A stretch of 64,000 nt of DNA from an uncultured bacterium (GCA_937928085.1 CALFVU010000002.1:4314-68313); one strand, 5' to 3'. Shown: positions 49,651 through 59,871, counted from the stretch's first letter. Made by a program: numbers and translations. Notes: generated by a model from the sequence alone, not told the origin.

Positions 49651-50148
49651 ATGAAAATTTCCGAAGAAAATATTATATATGTCGGAGTTTCTGAATGGAA
49701 AGTTGGTAAAAGTCCAGCAATTCTAAGAACTACCTTGGGTTCTTGTGTAGGAGTTGTGCTTTACGATAAAATTAAAAAAATAGGTGGAATTTCCCATTCT
49801 TTATTAGATGAACCTCCTACTGGAAAAATTATCAATCGAGGTAAATATGCGAAAACAGCTATCGAAGAATTAATAAAAGAATTAGAAAAGTTAGGATCAG
49901 ATAAAAAAGACTTAACCTCTAAAATTTTTGGTGGTGCCAGTATGTTTCAGAATAATTCTTCAAGCTTGTTCCAAAACATTGGAGAAAGAAATGTTTTAGC
50001 AGCAAGAGAAGTTTTACTTAAAAACGAAATTCCCATACTTTTTGAAGATGTATTTGGTCATAATGGAAGAACAATTACATTATTTTTAGAAGATGGAAGA
50101 GTACTTCTAAGAAGTGGTATAAATGAAAAATATATCTATAAAACATAA
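49651..50148 (+). CDS. cheD: chemoreceptor glutamine deamidase CheD
   Basis: TTLGSCVGVVLYD catalytic Cys motif and about 165 aa from ATG 49651. The track extension back to 49504 overlaps the TraB gene and is not CheD-like. Confidence 0.85.
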   Translation: MKISEENIIYVGVSEWKVGKSPAILRTTLGSCVGVVLYDKIKKIGGISHSLLDEPPTGKIINRGKYAKTAIEELIKELEKLGSDKKDLTSKIFGGASMFQNNSSSLFQNIGERNVLAAREVLLKNEIPILFEDVFGHNGRTITLFLEDGRVLLRSGINEKYIYKT

Positions 50149-50164
50149 GGAGAACATATAAATT

Positions 50165-51028
50165 ATGGAATCGTTAAAAAAAGAGATCGAAGAAACACTA
50201 AAAAATATCGATCGATTACCATCTTTTCCAGAGATTGTCCATAAGGTTTTATCCATGATTCGTAATCCCAATATCGAATTAAAAGATATTTCGAATGAAA
50301 TTGTAAAAGATCCGGGTTTAACATCTGATATTATTCGATTATCTAATTCCGCATATTATCATCCTATTCGAGAAATTCGTTCTATTGAAGAAGGAATCAA
50401 AGTTTTAGGGTTAAACGTCCTTAGAGAAATTATTTTGATTGCAGCTGCAAGGGGGATTTTAAAGCAACCAGTAGATGGATATAAATTAGATAGCAAAGAG
50501 TTATGGGAGCATTCAATAGTTGTTGGTTATTTATCTGCAAAAATTTCAGAAAATATAAAAAAACATGAAGTCCCTAAGGATGTTGCTTTTACTGCAGGAC
50601 TTATGCATGATTGCGGAAAAATAGTTCTCTCTAACACATTTAAAAAAGCATTGTATTATATAAATTTGGAATATCAAAAAAATCCAGAAATTAGTTTTAT
50701 TACTTTAGAAAAAAACTATTTAGGATATAGTCATAACGAAATCGGAGCTATTTTATTAAAAAACTGGAATTTTCCTGAAGATTTGATTGATGCTGTAGAA
50801 AACCAATATTACCCAGAAAAATCAAAAAAGAATCCTCTTCTTACTTCTGTAATTCATATTGCAAATTGGATTGCAGTTTCTGCAGGTATAGGAGTGGATG
50901 TTATGGGTATGAATGAAAATTTAAGTACTTTTGCTATGCAAACACTAAAGATCAACGAGGAATTAATGAAAAAATATTATGAATCTATACCAGAGTATTT
51001 GGAAGTTATCAAAGAACTTAAAGTATGA
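50165..51028 (+). CDS. HDOD domain protein (HD dyad retained: LMHDCGK)
   Basis: HDOD pattern (LPSFPEIVHKVLSM...IVKDPGLTSDIIRLSNSAYY...LGLNVLREIIL). Confidence 0.85.
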   Translation: MESLKKEIEETLKNIDRLPSFPEIVHKVLSMIRNPNIELKDISNEIVKDPGLTSDIIRLSNSAYYHPIREIRSIEEGIKVLGLNVLREIILIAAARGILKQPVDGYKLDSKELWEHSIVVGYLSAKISENIKKHEVPKDVAFTAGLMHDCGKIVLSNTFKKALYYINLEYQKNPEISFITLEKNYLGYSHNEIGAILLKNWNFPEDLIDAVENQYYPEKSKKNPLLTSVIHIANWIAVSAGIGVDVMGMNENLSTFAMQTLKINEELMKKYYESIPEYLEVIKELKV

Positions 51029-51570
51029 GATTGGCATTTATAGGACCTAGAGGAGCTGGAAAATCAAAAATATCACGAAAGTTGTCTAAACTAACAAATC
51101 GATTATTATTAAGCACTGATCAATTAGTTTGTTACGAAGCTGGAGGAAAAACCATAGAAGAAATTGTTCAAGAAGAAGGTTGGAGTTCATTTCGAAAAAG
51201 AGAACTGGAACTTTTAAAAAAATTAGATCAAATCAAAAAAAATATTATTCTAGATTGCGGTGGTGGTATTTTGTTTGATGTGGATTCCACAACCAATGAA
51301 GAAAAAGAAAGCATTGAAAAAATACAATTACTAAAAAAAGATACTATTCTTATTTACATATTAAGGGATAAAGAATGGTTACTAAATAAACAACTGAACA
51401 ATGCTCAAAGACCTGATTTAAATAAAAATCGAGAATATTCTCAGATTCTTAAGGCAAGATTTCCTATATACGAAAAATATGCAGATTATATTTTAGACAT
51501 GAGAAATCGTTCTTTAGAAGAAGGAATTGAAGAACTTGTAAAAACTTTTTTTAAAAACTATAAGGTATAA
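51025..51570 (+). CDS. aroK: shikimate kinase
   Basis: P-loop GPRGAGKS, the STDQL...GKTIEEIV...FRKRE pattern and CGGGI. ATGA overlap with the upstream gene. Confidence 0.75.
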   Translation: MRLAFIGPRGAGKSKISRKLSKLTNRLLLSTDQLVCYEAGGKTIEEIVQEEGWSSFRKRELELLKKLDQIKKNIILDCGGGILFDVDSTTNEEKESIEKIQLLKKDTILIYILRDKEWLLNKQLNNAQRPDLNKNREYSQILKARFPIYEKYADYILDMRNRSLEEGIEELVKTFFKNYKV

Positions 51571-51610
51571 AGATAAAGAAAACTCTTGACATACAATACT
51601 TTATAAGAAG

Positions 51611-52171
51611 ATGAGTTGTGTTATGCATTCTGTAGATTCTGAATATATTAAAAGTAAAATTCGAACTATTCCAGATTGGCCTGAAAAAGGAATTATGTTT
51701 AGAGATATTACTCCTTTATTTCAAGATTCTAAAGCTTTACGAGGATTCATTGATGCTTTTATTCAAAGATATATCGACAAGAATATCAATGTAATTGCTG
51801 GAATTGATGCTAGAGGATTTTTGATTGGAGTTAGTGTAGCTTATGCACTCAATATTTCTTTTGTACCTATAAGAAAAAAAGGAAAACTTCCCTGGAAAAC
51901 AATTAGCAAAGAATATACATTAGAGTATGGTAAAGAAGAAATAGAAATCCACATTGATGCATGCAAAGCAGGTGACAGAGTTGTAGTTATGGACGATTTG
52001 ATTGCAACTGGGGGGACTATGCTTGCCGGAATTGAACTCATTCGTCAATTAGGTGGAGAAGTAGTAGAAGCTGCTACGATCGTTGATTTGCCAGATTTAG
52101 GTGGTTCTCGTAAAATTCAGGAAATAGCAAAAGTGCCCGTATTTAGCATTTGTTTTTTTGAAGGTCATTAA
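51611..52171 (+). CDS. apt: adenine phosphoribosyltransferase
   Basis: PRPP motif VVVMDDLIATGGT and IPDWPEKGIMFRDITPL. Alternative ATG at 51623. Confidence 0.93.
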   Translation: MSCVMHSVDSEYIKSKIRTIPDWPEKGIMFRDITPLFQDSKALRGFIDAFIQRYIDKNINVIAGIDARGFLIGVSVAYALNISFVPIRKKGKLPWKTISKEYTLEYGKEEIEIHIDACKAGDRVVVMDDLIATGGTMLAGIELIRQLGGEVVEAATIVDLPDLGGSRKIQEIAKVPVFSICFFEGH

Positions 52172-52544
52172 TAATTTTTTATTATTTCTTTTTCTATCTT
52201 TTGGAGTCCTCCCCCAAAATAGAAACATACCTACCTATAAAGAAGGAAAAGAAATATTAGCCAAATTAATCGAAACAAAACTGAATATTCCAAAAGAAGA
52301 TATTCAACTGGTAGAACAAAAAAAAAATCGCATTATACGAAAATGGGAAAAAAATCAATTTATATTTTATTATCGATATAAAATGATCATACCCATTTAT
52401 AGAAGAAAAGAAAAAAGTATACAACTTGTTTCTACTCGAGAAGAAGAAATTTGGCTACGAATACCCGAAAGTTTATCCAATTTACAATTTAGTTTTCTTA
52501 GAATTGACCTTTTACCAGGAACTCATCTTACTATCTTAGAGTAA
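52158..52544 (+). CDS. hypothetical small secreted protein
   Basis: 128-aa ORF with a TTG start and a signal-peptide-like N-terminus (FLLFLFLSFGVLP). It overlaps apt by 14 nt and the convergent peptidase gene by 9 nt. Confidence 0.4.
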   Translation: MKVINNFLLFLFLSFGVLPQNRNIPTYKEGKEILAKLIETKLNIPKEDIQLVEQKKNRIIRKWEKNQFIFYYRYKMIIPIYRRKEKSIQLVSTREEEIWLRIPESLSNLQFSFLRIDLLPGTHLTILE

Positions 52545-54572
52545 ATCAAATTTTCTTAATAATGCTTTTGTGTCGGGTTTTCTTCCTCGAAATTGAACAT
52601 ACAATTCCATAGGATCTTCCGTACTTCCTTTCTCTAAAATATACTTTTTAAATTTTTCTGCTATTTTTTGATTAAAAATACCTTCTTGCTTAAAATATTC
52701 AAATGCATCAGCTTCTAAAACTTCTGCCCATTTATATGAATAATATCCCGAGGAATAACCACCTGCAAAAATATGAGAAAAACTACTAGAAATACATACT
52801 TGTTCTGGTTCCTCAAAAAGTCTTGTTTTTTTTGTTACTTCTTTTTCGAATTCTAAAATATCTTTTATATCGTCTGGATTTTGCATATGAAAGTACATAT
52901 CCAAAAATGCATAATTAAGTTGAGTTAGGAAATGAATCCCCGCTTGAAAATTTTCTGATTTTTTTAACTGTTGAATGATTTCTTCTGAAATAGATTCACC
53001 TGTTTGATAATGTCTAGCAAATAAATCCAATGATTCTTTTTCTTTTGCCCAGTTTTCCATAATCTGCGAAGGAAGTTCCACAAAATCCCAATAAACATTT
53101 GTTCCAGCAAGAGTTCTGTAATTTACTTTAGAGAGAAGACCATGTAAACTATGACCAAATTCATGGAATAAAGTTTTTACTTCTTCGTGTGTTAATAAAG
53201 AAGGTTTTTGATTGGTAGGTTTTGTAAAGTTACATACAATCCCCACTTCTGGTCGTACATTTTGATTTAAAAAAATACCTTGTTCGCGAATCGTTGTCAT
53301 CCATGCACCTGTTTTTTTTGTTTCTCTTGGAAAAAGATCCAGATAAAATATTCCTATCGATGCTTCTTTTTCGTAAACTTTATATATTAGAACATCTTTA
53401 TGGTATGTTTTAGTTAAATGATCTTGAACAAAATCTAAATTATATAATCTTTTTGCAACTTCGAACATCCCTTTTAACACATAATCTAAAGGAAAATATG
53501 ATCGGAGTGATTCTTGATCAATGTTATAAAGATACTTTTTGTATATTTCTGAATAAAAGCGTAAATCCCAAGGTTCAATCTTTATATCTTCTTTCAAGTA
53601 ATTCGCAACCCACTCCTGAAGTTCTTGCAATTCTTCTTTTGCTTTTGTATATACGTTTTGATAGAGTTCTTCTAGAAAATTCATTACTGTTTCGGGAGTT
53701 TTTGCCATTCTTTCTTCTAAAACAAACTCACAATGATTTTGATATCCTAAAAGCTTTGCCCTTTCATATCGTATTTCTAAAATCCTTTTAATAATTGGGA
53801 GATTATTATATTCTTTTTCTAATCCTCTAGAACGAAATGATATATACATTTTTTTTCTTAATTCTCTATTTTTGCAGTAGGTCATAAAAGGAATATACTC
53901 GGGATATTGTAAAGTAAAAACCCAACCTTTTTTATTTCTTTGTTCTGCATTAATCCTACCTTGCTCAATCAAAGTTTCAGGTAAACCTTCTAAATCGCTT
54001 GTGTGAGTAATGTGTAATTCAAAAGCATTTGTGGATTTTAAGATATTCTCCGAAAATTTTGGAGTTAATTTGGAGAGTTCTTTGTCGAGTTCTCTTATTC
54101 GATTTTTTTTTATATGAGGAAGTAAAACTCCATTTCTTTTAAAGTTTTTCCAAAAATATTCTGTTAGTTTTTTTTGCTCTTGCAATAATTCTTTTTGATT
54201 TTGGTATACATAATCAACTTTTTTAAATAAATCTTCGTCTAAAAAAATATCATTTGATAAATTTGCTAAAAAAGCTGAGATTTCTGGAGCTATGTTTTGA
54301 ATTTCTTCTGTACATTCTGCACTAAAAAGTAAATAATAGCAAGAGGCACATTCTCGAATTTCTTGATCTGAATTTTCCAAAGCAAATATTATGTTTTCGA
54401 AGTCTAGATTTCGATTTTTTTTGATTTCTTCTATTCTTTGTAAAGTCAAAGTTTTATAATATTCTAAAGCAGGTAGAAAATCTTTTCCTTTGTTTTCAAT
54501 AAGCTTTTGTAAATCTACCGATTGATTAGGAGTAAGATTAAGTAAAGGATTATCATTATTGGATATCATCAT
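52536..54572 (-). CDS. M3-family zinc metallopeptidase (oligopeptidase A / peptidyl-dipeptidase Dcp-like)
   Basis: HEFGHSLH zinc motif in the expected position, about 680 aa. ATG 54572 is preferred over the track TTG 54587. Confidence 0.9.
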   Translation of the reverse strand: MMISNNDNPLLNLTPNQSVDLQKLIENKGKDFLPALEYYKTLTLQRIEEIKKNRNLDFENIIFALENSDQEIRECASCYYLLFSAECTEEIQNIAPEISAFLANLSNDIFLDEDLFKKVDYVYQNQKELLQEQKKLTEYFWKNFKRNGVLLPHIKKNRIRELDKELSKLTPKFSENILKSTNAFELHITHTSDLEGLPETLIEQGRINAEQRNKKGWVFTLQYPEYIPFMTYCKNRELRKKMYISFRSRGLEKEYNNLPIIKRILEIRYERAKLLGYQNHCEFVLEERMAKTPETVMNFLEELYQNVYTKAKEELQELQEWVANYLKEDIKIEPWDLRFYSEIYKKYLYNIDQESLRSYFPLDYVLKGMFEVAKRLYNLDFVQDHLTKTYHKDVLIYKVYEKEASIGIFYLDLFPRETKKTGAWMTTIREQGIFLNQNVRPEVGIVCNFTKPTNQKPSLLTHEEVKTLFHEFGHSLHGLLSKVNYRTLAGTNVYWDFVELPSQIMENWAKEKESLDLFARHYQTGESISEEIIQQLKKSENFQAGIHFLTQLNYAFLDMYFHMQNPDDIKDILEFEKEVTKKTRLFEEPEQVCISSSFSHIFAGGYSSGYYSYKWAEVLEADAFEYFKQEGIFNQKIAEKFKKYILEKGSTEDPMELYVQFRGRKPDTKALLRKFDLL

Positions 54573-54662
54573 AAACAAATAAAACAAATCATTGTCTTAT
54601 TGTCAACATAGAATATTCAGAAATCGATTGACCTTTAACGATTCAAATTAATTTTGATGTAA

Positions 54663-55115
54663 ATGTTTACTTCAATCAATCTAATGCCAAAACAAAAAAG
54701 AATTGCATTAGTGGCTCACGACAATAAAAAGGAAGATTTACTTGAATGGGTTCTTTTTAATGAAGGTTCTTTATCAGAGCATATTTTATATGCAACTGGA
54801 ACAACAGGAAGCTTGATAGAAAAAAAAACAAAACTAACAGTACATAAATTACAAAGTGGTCCTATAGGAGGAGATCTACAAATAGGATCGATGATCACTG
54901 AAAAAAAATTAGATATGCTTTTTTTTTTCTGGGATCCTTTAGAACCTCAACCTCATGATCCAGATGTTAAGGCATTACTTCGTATATGTATCGTCTGGAA
55001 TATTCCTGTTGCGTGTAATCGAGCCACAGCTGATTTTTTAATTTCCAGCCCCCTCTTTAAAGAAGAATATGAGCAAATCCTTCCCGACTATTCGATTTAT
55101 CGTACACCTAAATAA
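54663..55115 (+). CDS. mgsA: methylglyoxal synthase
   Basis: [16 protein letters not shown] and [10 protein letters not shown] motifs. Alternative ATG at 54684. Confidence 0.92.
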   Translation: MFTSINLMPKQKRIALVAHDNKKEDLLEWVLFNEGSLSEHILYATGTTGSLIEKKTKLTVHKLQSGPIGGDLQIGSMITEKKLDMLFFFWDPLEPQPHDPDVKALLRICIVWNIPVACNRATADFLISSPLFKEEYEQILPDYSIYRTPK

Positions 55116-55119
55116 TTTA

Positions 55120-56673
55120 TTATATCAACCTGTAGTATTGATTTAATTCGTATTCCCATATACGTAAACCACAAAATCGTTCTCCTTCCGGACAATAAGG
55201 TCTATAACCTGATAATTTTCTAATATAACACGGAGCTCGAAAAAATCCTTTTAAAAAGGGTAGTTTTTCTTCGACTTGTTGAATTTCTTGAATCGATGCA
55301 TAAAAAATTTCTTCTTGAGCATTATAACAAGTTCTCATTTTCCATTTATGGATTAAGTTTAACAGATCTCCAGATTCAAAATATCGTACAGGAAATGCAT
55401 TGGGTAATAAATACATTGCCTCTTCTTTTGTAGCACCTTCATTTAGAAACTGATTGATCAAATCAAAAATTTGATGCATAATTTTTTTATAACTCTCTTC
55501 TAGATCCGAATATTCTTGAACAATTTTAGGAATAATATAATCAGGTTTGCCAGTATACTGATTCATTAAAAAAGGACGAGAAGCAGGTACCATTCTATGC
55601 CTTTGATCTTGACTATCCGCAGTGTGAGATAATTTTTTCTGAAAAGTAAAATGCAAATGATAAAAAATTCGATTTAACTTCGTATGCATAGACTCATTTA
55701 ATGTAGATCCTAGATAGATATTATGCTTTGGATGAAACAACAATTCAAAAATTCTCTCTTCCTGTTGACCACTGGGGATCATACCAAAAACACTATAAAA
55801 ACTATCTAAAATTACTTGTTTTGCATTCGAAGTATAGCTAACCAATCGAGAACTATATCCTTGTAATGTTTGATCAAAATATTCCACAAATTCAGAAGAC
55901 TGATTTTTAGAAGCATCAAAAAATTCAGAAAAAATTTTATATTCCGGTGTATCGTAGATTGAAATTGAATCTTTGATTTCTGATGCATATAAAGTATCAA
56001 TTTGATAAACGCAATTCCACATTGATTGTACTAATTCAGAAATTTCTTCAGGAACATCACTTACTTCTATTATTTTTTTATATCGATATAACGTAAGACC
56101 ACTAATAGTATGATACAAATATGTATATGTAGCTAAAGGCAGTACATACCTTGCAATTTCCATAGCTTTTCTTTCAATTCCTTTTTGCCATTGTTCTTTT
56201 TTTTTCTTTCTATAAGGAAAAATAGAAAAGTATTCTTTTTCGATAATAGGTATTAAAATTTTTTTAAGTTCGTAATAAGAGTGAGACTGAAACAATATAC
56301 ATTCTTTGTAAATTTCATATAATTTTTCTTTTTTATATAAGGAAGGTGGATAATAAAATTGATCGGGTTGAACTTCAACATATCTTTGGCTTACCTGTTC
56401 AGAATTATAAAAAGGATGAGAATGTAAAAATGACCATACCGCTGCTCGGGTAATTTTATCTATTGCAAAAATAAATTGAGGATGTTGTCTCGTAGTTAGA
56501 TGTCCTGCTTCTAAAGTGGCTTTCGCAATTTTATCTCTTATCAATTTCGATCTTTCGTCTTTACTTACTTCTTCTGGGAAAACAACTCCTTTCGAAGAAT
56601 AACAAGTTCTTGCAGAAGCAATTGATATATCAAAAGGATTTTTTGAATAATCAATTAAATGAATAATTGGCAT
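55120..56673 (-). CDS. thyX: long-form ThyX-like protein (FAD-dependent thymidylate synthase family, two lobes)
   Basis: The N-terminal half carries SHPFYNSEQVSQRYVEV (ThyX RHRxxSxxxxSxRY with RHR degenerate). The C-terminal half carries SQDQRHRMVPASRP. Confidence 0.55.
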   Translation of the reverse strand: MPIIHLIDYSKNPFDISIASARTCYSSKGVVFPEEVSKDERSKLIRDKIAKATLEAGHLTTRQHPQFIFAIDKITRAAVWSFLHSHPFYNSEQVSQRYVEVQPDQFYYPPSLYKKEKLYEIYKECILFQSHSYYELKKILIPIIEKEYFSIFPYRKKKKEQWQKGIERKAMEIARYVLPLATYTYLYHTISGLTLYRYKKIIEVSDVPEEISELVQSMWNCVYQIDTLYASEIKDSISIYDTPEYKIFSEFFDASKNQSSEFVEYFDQTLQGYSSRLVSYTSNAKQVILDSFYSVFGMIPSGQQEERIFELLFHPKHNIYLGSTLNESMHTKLNRIFYHLHFTFQKKLSHTADSQDQRHRMVPASRPFLMNQYTGKPDYIIPKIVQEYSDLEESYKKIMHQIFDLINQFLNEGATKEEAMYLLPNAFPVRYFESGDLLNLIHKWKMRTCYNAQEEIFYASIQEIQQVEEKLPFLKGFFRAPCYIRKLSGYRPYCPEGERFCGLRIWEYELNQYYRLI

Positions 56674-56709
56674 TCTTTATATAATATCGGCACATAAACA
56701 AAAATTTTT

Positions 56710-58347
56710 TTATCTCCCATAAATGATTAAATCCCACTTTTTAAAATAACCTTGATCTCTTGGTTGTTTATCCTGAATTTCGATTCGAAATTTTCCCATT
56801 GCTGTTTCCTCTAAAAATCTTGCTATACCAAAGCGAAAGTCAATATTACCAGAATTACATCCAATTTGTTGATTTTTATAAAAACAGTTATGGGGCTCTG
56901 CAAGAATAGCTTTTGTCCCGGCTGGCGAATAAAGATTGATTTGAAGATCACCGAAATATTGATGTTCAATATGTATCACTGTATCCACCCATTCAATTGT
57001 TTGAATTCCTAAAATAGAAGTGTCAAATTCACTAACGATAGGAGATCCATAATCCGGTATCTCTTGATTCACATAAATATTTTTAATACTACATTTTTTA
57101 TAGCTTCCAACAGGATTCCAGAATTGAGCCATCTGAATTGCATTTTGAATATTAAGTAAACCAAACCCATATTTATGATTAATATGAAATCCTGCAGAAT
57201 TATATGTCCAATCGATATCTAAAGGATCATTTTTTTTAGCTGACTTCGCAAGTATCAATCTTACATCTCTCCAACTTAAATAAGGATTTGATTGTAAGAG
57301 AAGAGAAATCGCTCCAGACACAATAGGAGTAGATCCAGAAGTTCCAATAAAAAACTTTGTATATTGTTGATCACTTAAATCATTACTATAATACTTAGAA
57401 TTATAACCAAAAGCTCCAGAAAGGTCTGTAGTCACTAAACCTGAACCATCATTTCCCATTGAAGGGGCACACAGCCAAAGATTGGCTCCTTTTTCTGAAT
57501 ATATTGCTTGTTTTTCGTCATTTCCGATTGCACATATTGCTGTTACTCCATAAAAGTTTACATAACCATCATAATTCGAATTATCCGCTAATTTGGAATT
57601 TACATAAGCTCCATTACCTCCCGCATTAACAAAGATCGTCCCTAATCCATGTCTTCCAGATTTTAATCCTTGCCAAATTGCTTGCTGCCATAAATAAGAA
57701 GAAGAAATTAAAAGTCCAGTACCATCTTCAGGTCCCCAACTATTATTCGAAACCCATATTTCTTGAATATTCATTGTAGTGGCATCAATAATATTTGATA
57801 AAGTACTCGTTGTTATAGCATTTAAAGCACGAAGACTACTTCTGGGTGCTACGCCTCGAATTCCTTTTGAATTATCTTTAGCAGCAATCAGCCCGGCAAC
57901 ACTAGTTCCATGCATAGAATCATCATTTTCTGGATCGCCAGTAGGATCATTACTATTGGTTTTATAATTATAACTTTTTTCTAGTTCTATATTATTCGAT
58001 AAATCTTCATGTGAAATTTCTAAACCATCATCAATTATGCTGATCTTTACACCTGTTCCACAATAAGATTGCCATGTATTACTCAGATTGATCAAATCAA
58101 AATGCCATTGTAAAGAAAATAAAGGATCACTAATATTACTACAATTTTCACTTGTTGTAGAAATTGAGGAATTTAAATAGTTTTGAGGTATTTCATCACA
58201 ATGGATTGTTATAGGTTCACTCTGATTTAGAAGAAAATAGAATACAAACCATAAGAGACGTTTTTTATCTTCTGAGTTATCATCTGAGAAAACACTACAA
58301 TAACTAAGAAAAAGAAACACCCATAAAAATTTTTTAATCATATACAA
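56710..58347 (-). CDS. kexin/furin-like subtilase (S8B) with a C-terminal proprotein-convertase P-domain, probably a lipoprotein
   Basis: Catalytic triad contexts IIDDGLEISHEDL, HGTSVAGLIAA and GTSGSTPIVSGA. P-domain end GKFRIEIQDKQPRDQGYFKKWDLIIYGR. Signal peptide ends FLSYC. The likely start is ATG 58341. Confidence 0.85.
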   Translation of the reverse strand: MYMIKKFLWVFLFLSYCSVFSDDNSEDKKRLLWFVFYFLLNQSEPITIHCDEIPQNYLNSSISTTSENCSNISDPLFSLQWHFDLINLSNTWQSYCGTGVKISIIDDGLEISHEDLSNNIELEKSYNYKTNSNDPTGDPENDDSMHGTSVAGLIAAKDNSKGIRGVAPRSSLRALNAITTSTLSNIIDATTMNIQEIWVSNNSWGPEDGTGLLISSSYLWQQAIWQGLKSGRHGLGTIFVNAGGNGAYVNSKLADNSNYDGYVNFYGVTAICAIGNDEKQAIYSEKGANLWLCAPSMGNDGSGLVTTDLSGAFGYNSKYYSNDLSDQQYTKFFIGTSGSTPIVSGAISLLLQSNPYLSWRDVRLILAKSAKKNDPLDIDWTYNSAGFHINHKYGFGLLNIQNAIQMAQFWNPVGSYKKCSIKNIYVNQEIPDYGSPIVSEFDTSILGIQTIEWVDTVIHIEHQYFGDLQINLYSPAGTKAILAEPHNCFYKNQQIGCNSGNIDFRFGIARFLEETAMGKFRIEIQDKQPRDQGYFKKWDLIIYGR

Positions 58348-58437
58348 AATTTAAATAATTATAAGATTATTTTATGTCAATCTCAATAATGAATTATGTT
58401 TGACTCATTTTTATATTTTAAAAATACATCATAAATA

Positions 58438-59871
58438 ATGAGATTTATAACATTTGGATATTTATTTTTTTTTGTTATTGTTTTTATTTCTTATTGGTCT
58501 ATAAAAAATAAAAAAGCAAAATTATGGATTATTGCAATCTCTTCTTCTTTATTTTATGCAAGTTGGTCGATAGAATTTTTCTTACACTTTATTAGTTTTG
58601 TCTTCTTAAATTTTTTTTTTTCTCAGCTTATACGTAATTCACAAAATCTAAAGAAAAAGAAAATATGGTTAAGCATTATTTTAATTCTTGACATTAGTAA
58701 TTTATTTTTTTTTAAATATTTGTATTTTATTATAAAAATTTTATATGATATTACAGATTTGGAATTTTTTAAAAAAGAAGTACTGAATTCATTATTACTT
58801 CATTATTTGGGGCAAGAAAGTATTGTTTTACCATTAGCGATAAGTTTTTATACGTTTCAAATGATTGCTTACGTAGTAGACACATATAAAATAAAAATTC
58901 AAAGAAAAGATAGCCTTCTAGAATTTTATGTATTTATTTTATTTTTTCCTCAATTAGTTGCGGGTCCTATTATGAGGCATTCTGACTTTTTTTATCAATT
59001 AGATCATGAAATTCAACTTACAAAAGAAAAAGTGATTCGAGGGTATTATCTTATTTTTATTGGTTTAATAAAAAAAGTAATCATTGCAGATAATATTGCA
59101 TCTATTATAGATCCGATTTTTTTAAATCCTTTAGAATATAATGGTTTTGCGAATTTTTTAGCAGGAGTTGGATATGCGATTCGAGTTTATGGAGATTTTT
59201 CAGGCTATACAGACATTGCAAGGGGTAGTGCGCATCTTTTAGGATTTAGTATTCCCGAAAATTTTGAAGGACCTTTTTTAAGTATATCCATATCTGAATT
59301 TTGGAGAAGATGGCATGTAACTCTTTCGAGTTGGTTAAGAGATTATATTTATATTACCCTTGGAGGTAGTCGCGTTTCTCCTTTTAGAACATACGTAAAT
59401 TTGATTATAACTTTTACATTAGGCGGTTTGTGGCATGGTGCGAATTATACTTATCTATTTTGGGGATTTTTTAATGGGATATTACTTCTTTTAGAAAGAC
59501 TTATACCTAATTTTAATAATGCATTTGGTAAATCTGGTGTTTTACAATGGTTGGGAATTTTATATACGTTTTTTTTCTTTTCAATTGGACTTTTATTCTT
59601 TAATGCTCCAGATATACAACATTCTTTTTGGATGTTTGAACAAATTTTTTTTCTAAAAGATGGAAAGTTCATAACAAAGGATTCTATAATTCAATTCATC
59701 ACTTTTTTAGTTTTCGTTTTTGTTTTTAATTATTTTCAATATTATAAAAATAAGTTTAAAATAAAAGAAACCAGAGATATCATTTTATTATGCATATTAG
59801 GTATAGTAGTTGTCTGGCTTTTAGGAAATTATTCACCTAAAACTCAAAGTTTTATTTATTTTCAATTTTAA
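58438..59871 (+). CDS. MBOAT-family membrane O-acyltransferase (AlgI/DltB/PatA-like), second copy
   Basis: WRRWHVTLSSWLRDYIYITLGGSR and GGLWHGANY motifs. Confidence 0.9.
   Translation: MRFITFGYLFFFVIVFISYWSIKNKKAKLWIIAISSSLFYASWSIEFFLHFISFVFLNFFFSQLIRNSQNLKKKKIWLSIILILDISNLFFFKYLYFIIKILYDITDLEFFKKEVLNSLLLHYLGQESIVLPLAISFYTFQMIAYVVDTYKIKIQRKDSLLEFYVFILFFPQLVAGPIMRHSDFFYQLDHEIQLTKEKVIRGYYLIFIGLIKKVIIADNIASIIDPIFLNPLEYNGFANFLAGVGYAIRVYGDFSGYTDIARGSAHLLGFSIPENFEGPFLSISISEFWRRWHVTLSSWLRDYIYITLGGSRVSPFRTYVNLIITFTLGGLWHGANYTYLFWGFFNGILLLLERLIPNFNNAFGKSGVLQWLGILYTFFFFSIGLLFFNAPDIQHSFWMFEQIFFLKDGKFITKDSIIQFITFLVFVFVFNYFQYYKNKFKIKETRDIILLCILGIVVVWLLGNYSPKTQSFIYFQF

Noticed and set aside
51586-51607. 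TTGACA upstream of apt as a promoter -35 element
   Set aside because: No acceptable -10 lies at 16 to 19 nt spacing. TACAAT abuts the TTGACA and TATAAG is only 10 nt away, so the geometry is not promoter-like.
54918-54929. T10 homopolymer inside mgsA (also A8 to A9 runs in several genes) as possible phase-variation sites
   Set aside because: The run encodes LFFF in frame in a conserved housekeeping enzyme. Homopolymers of this length are expected in a genome this A/T-rich, and the ORFs show no sign of frameshifting.
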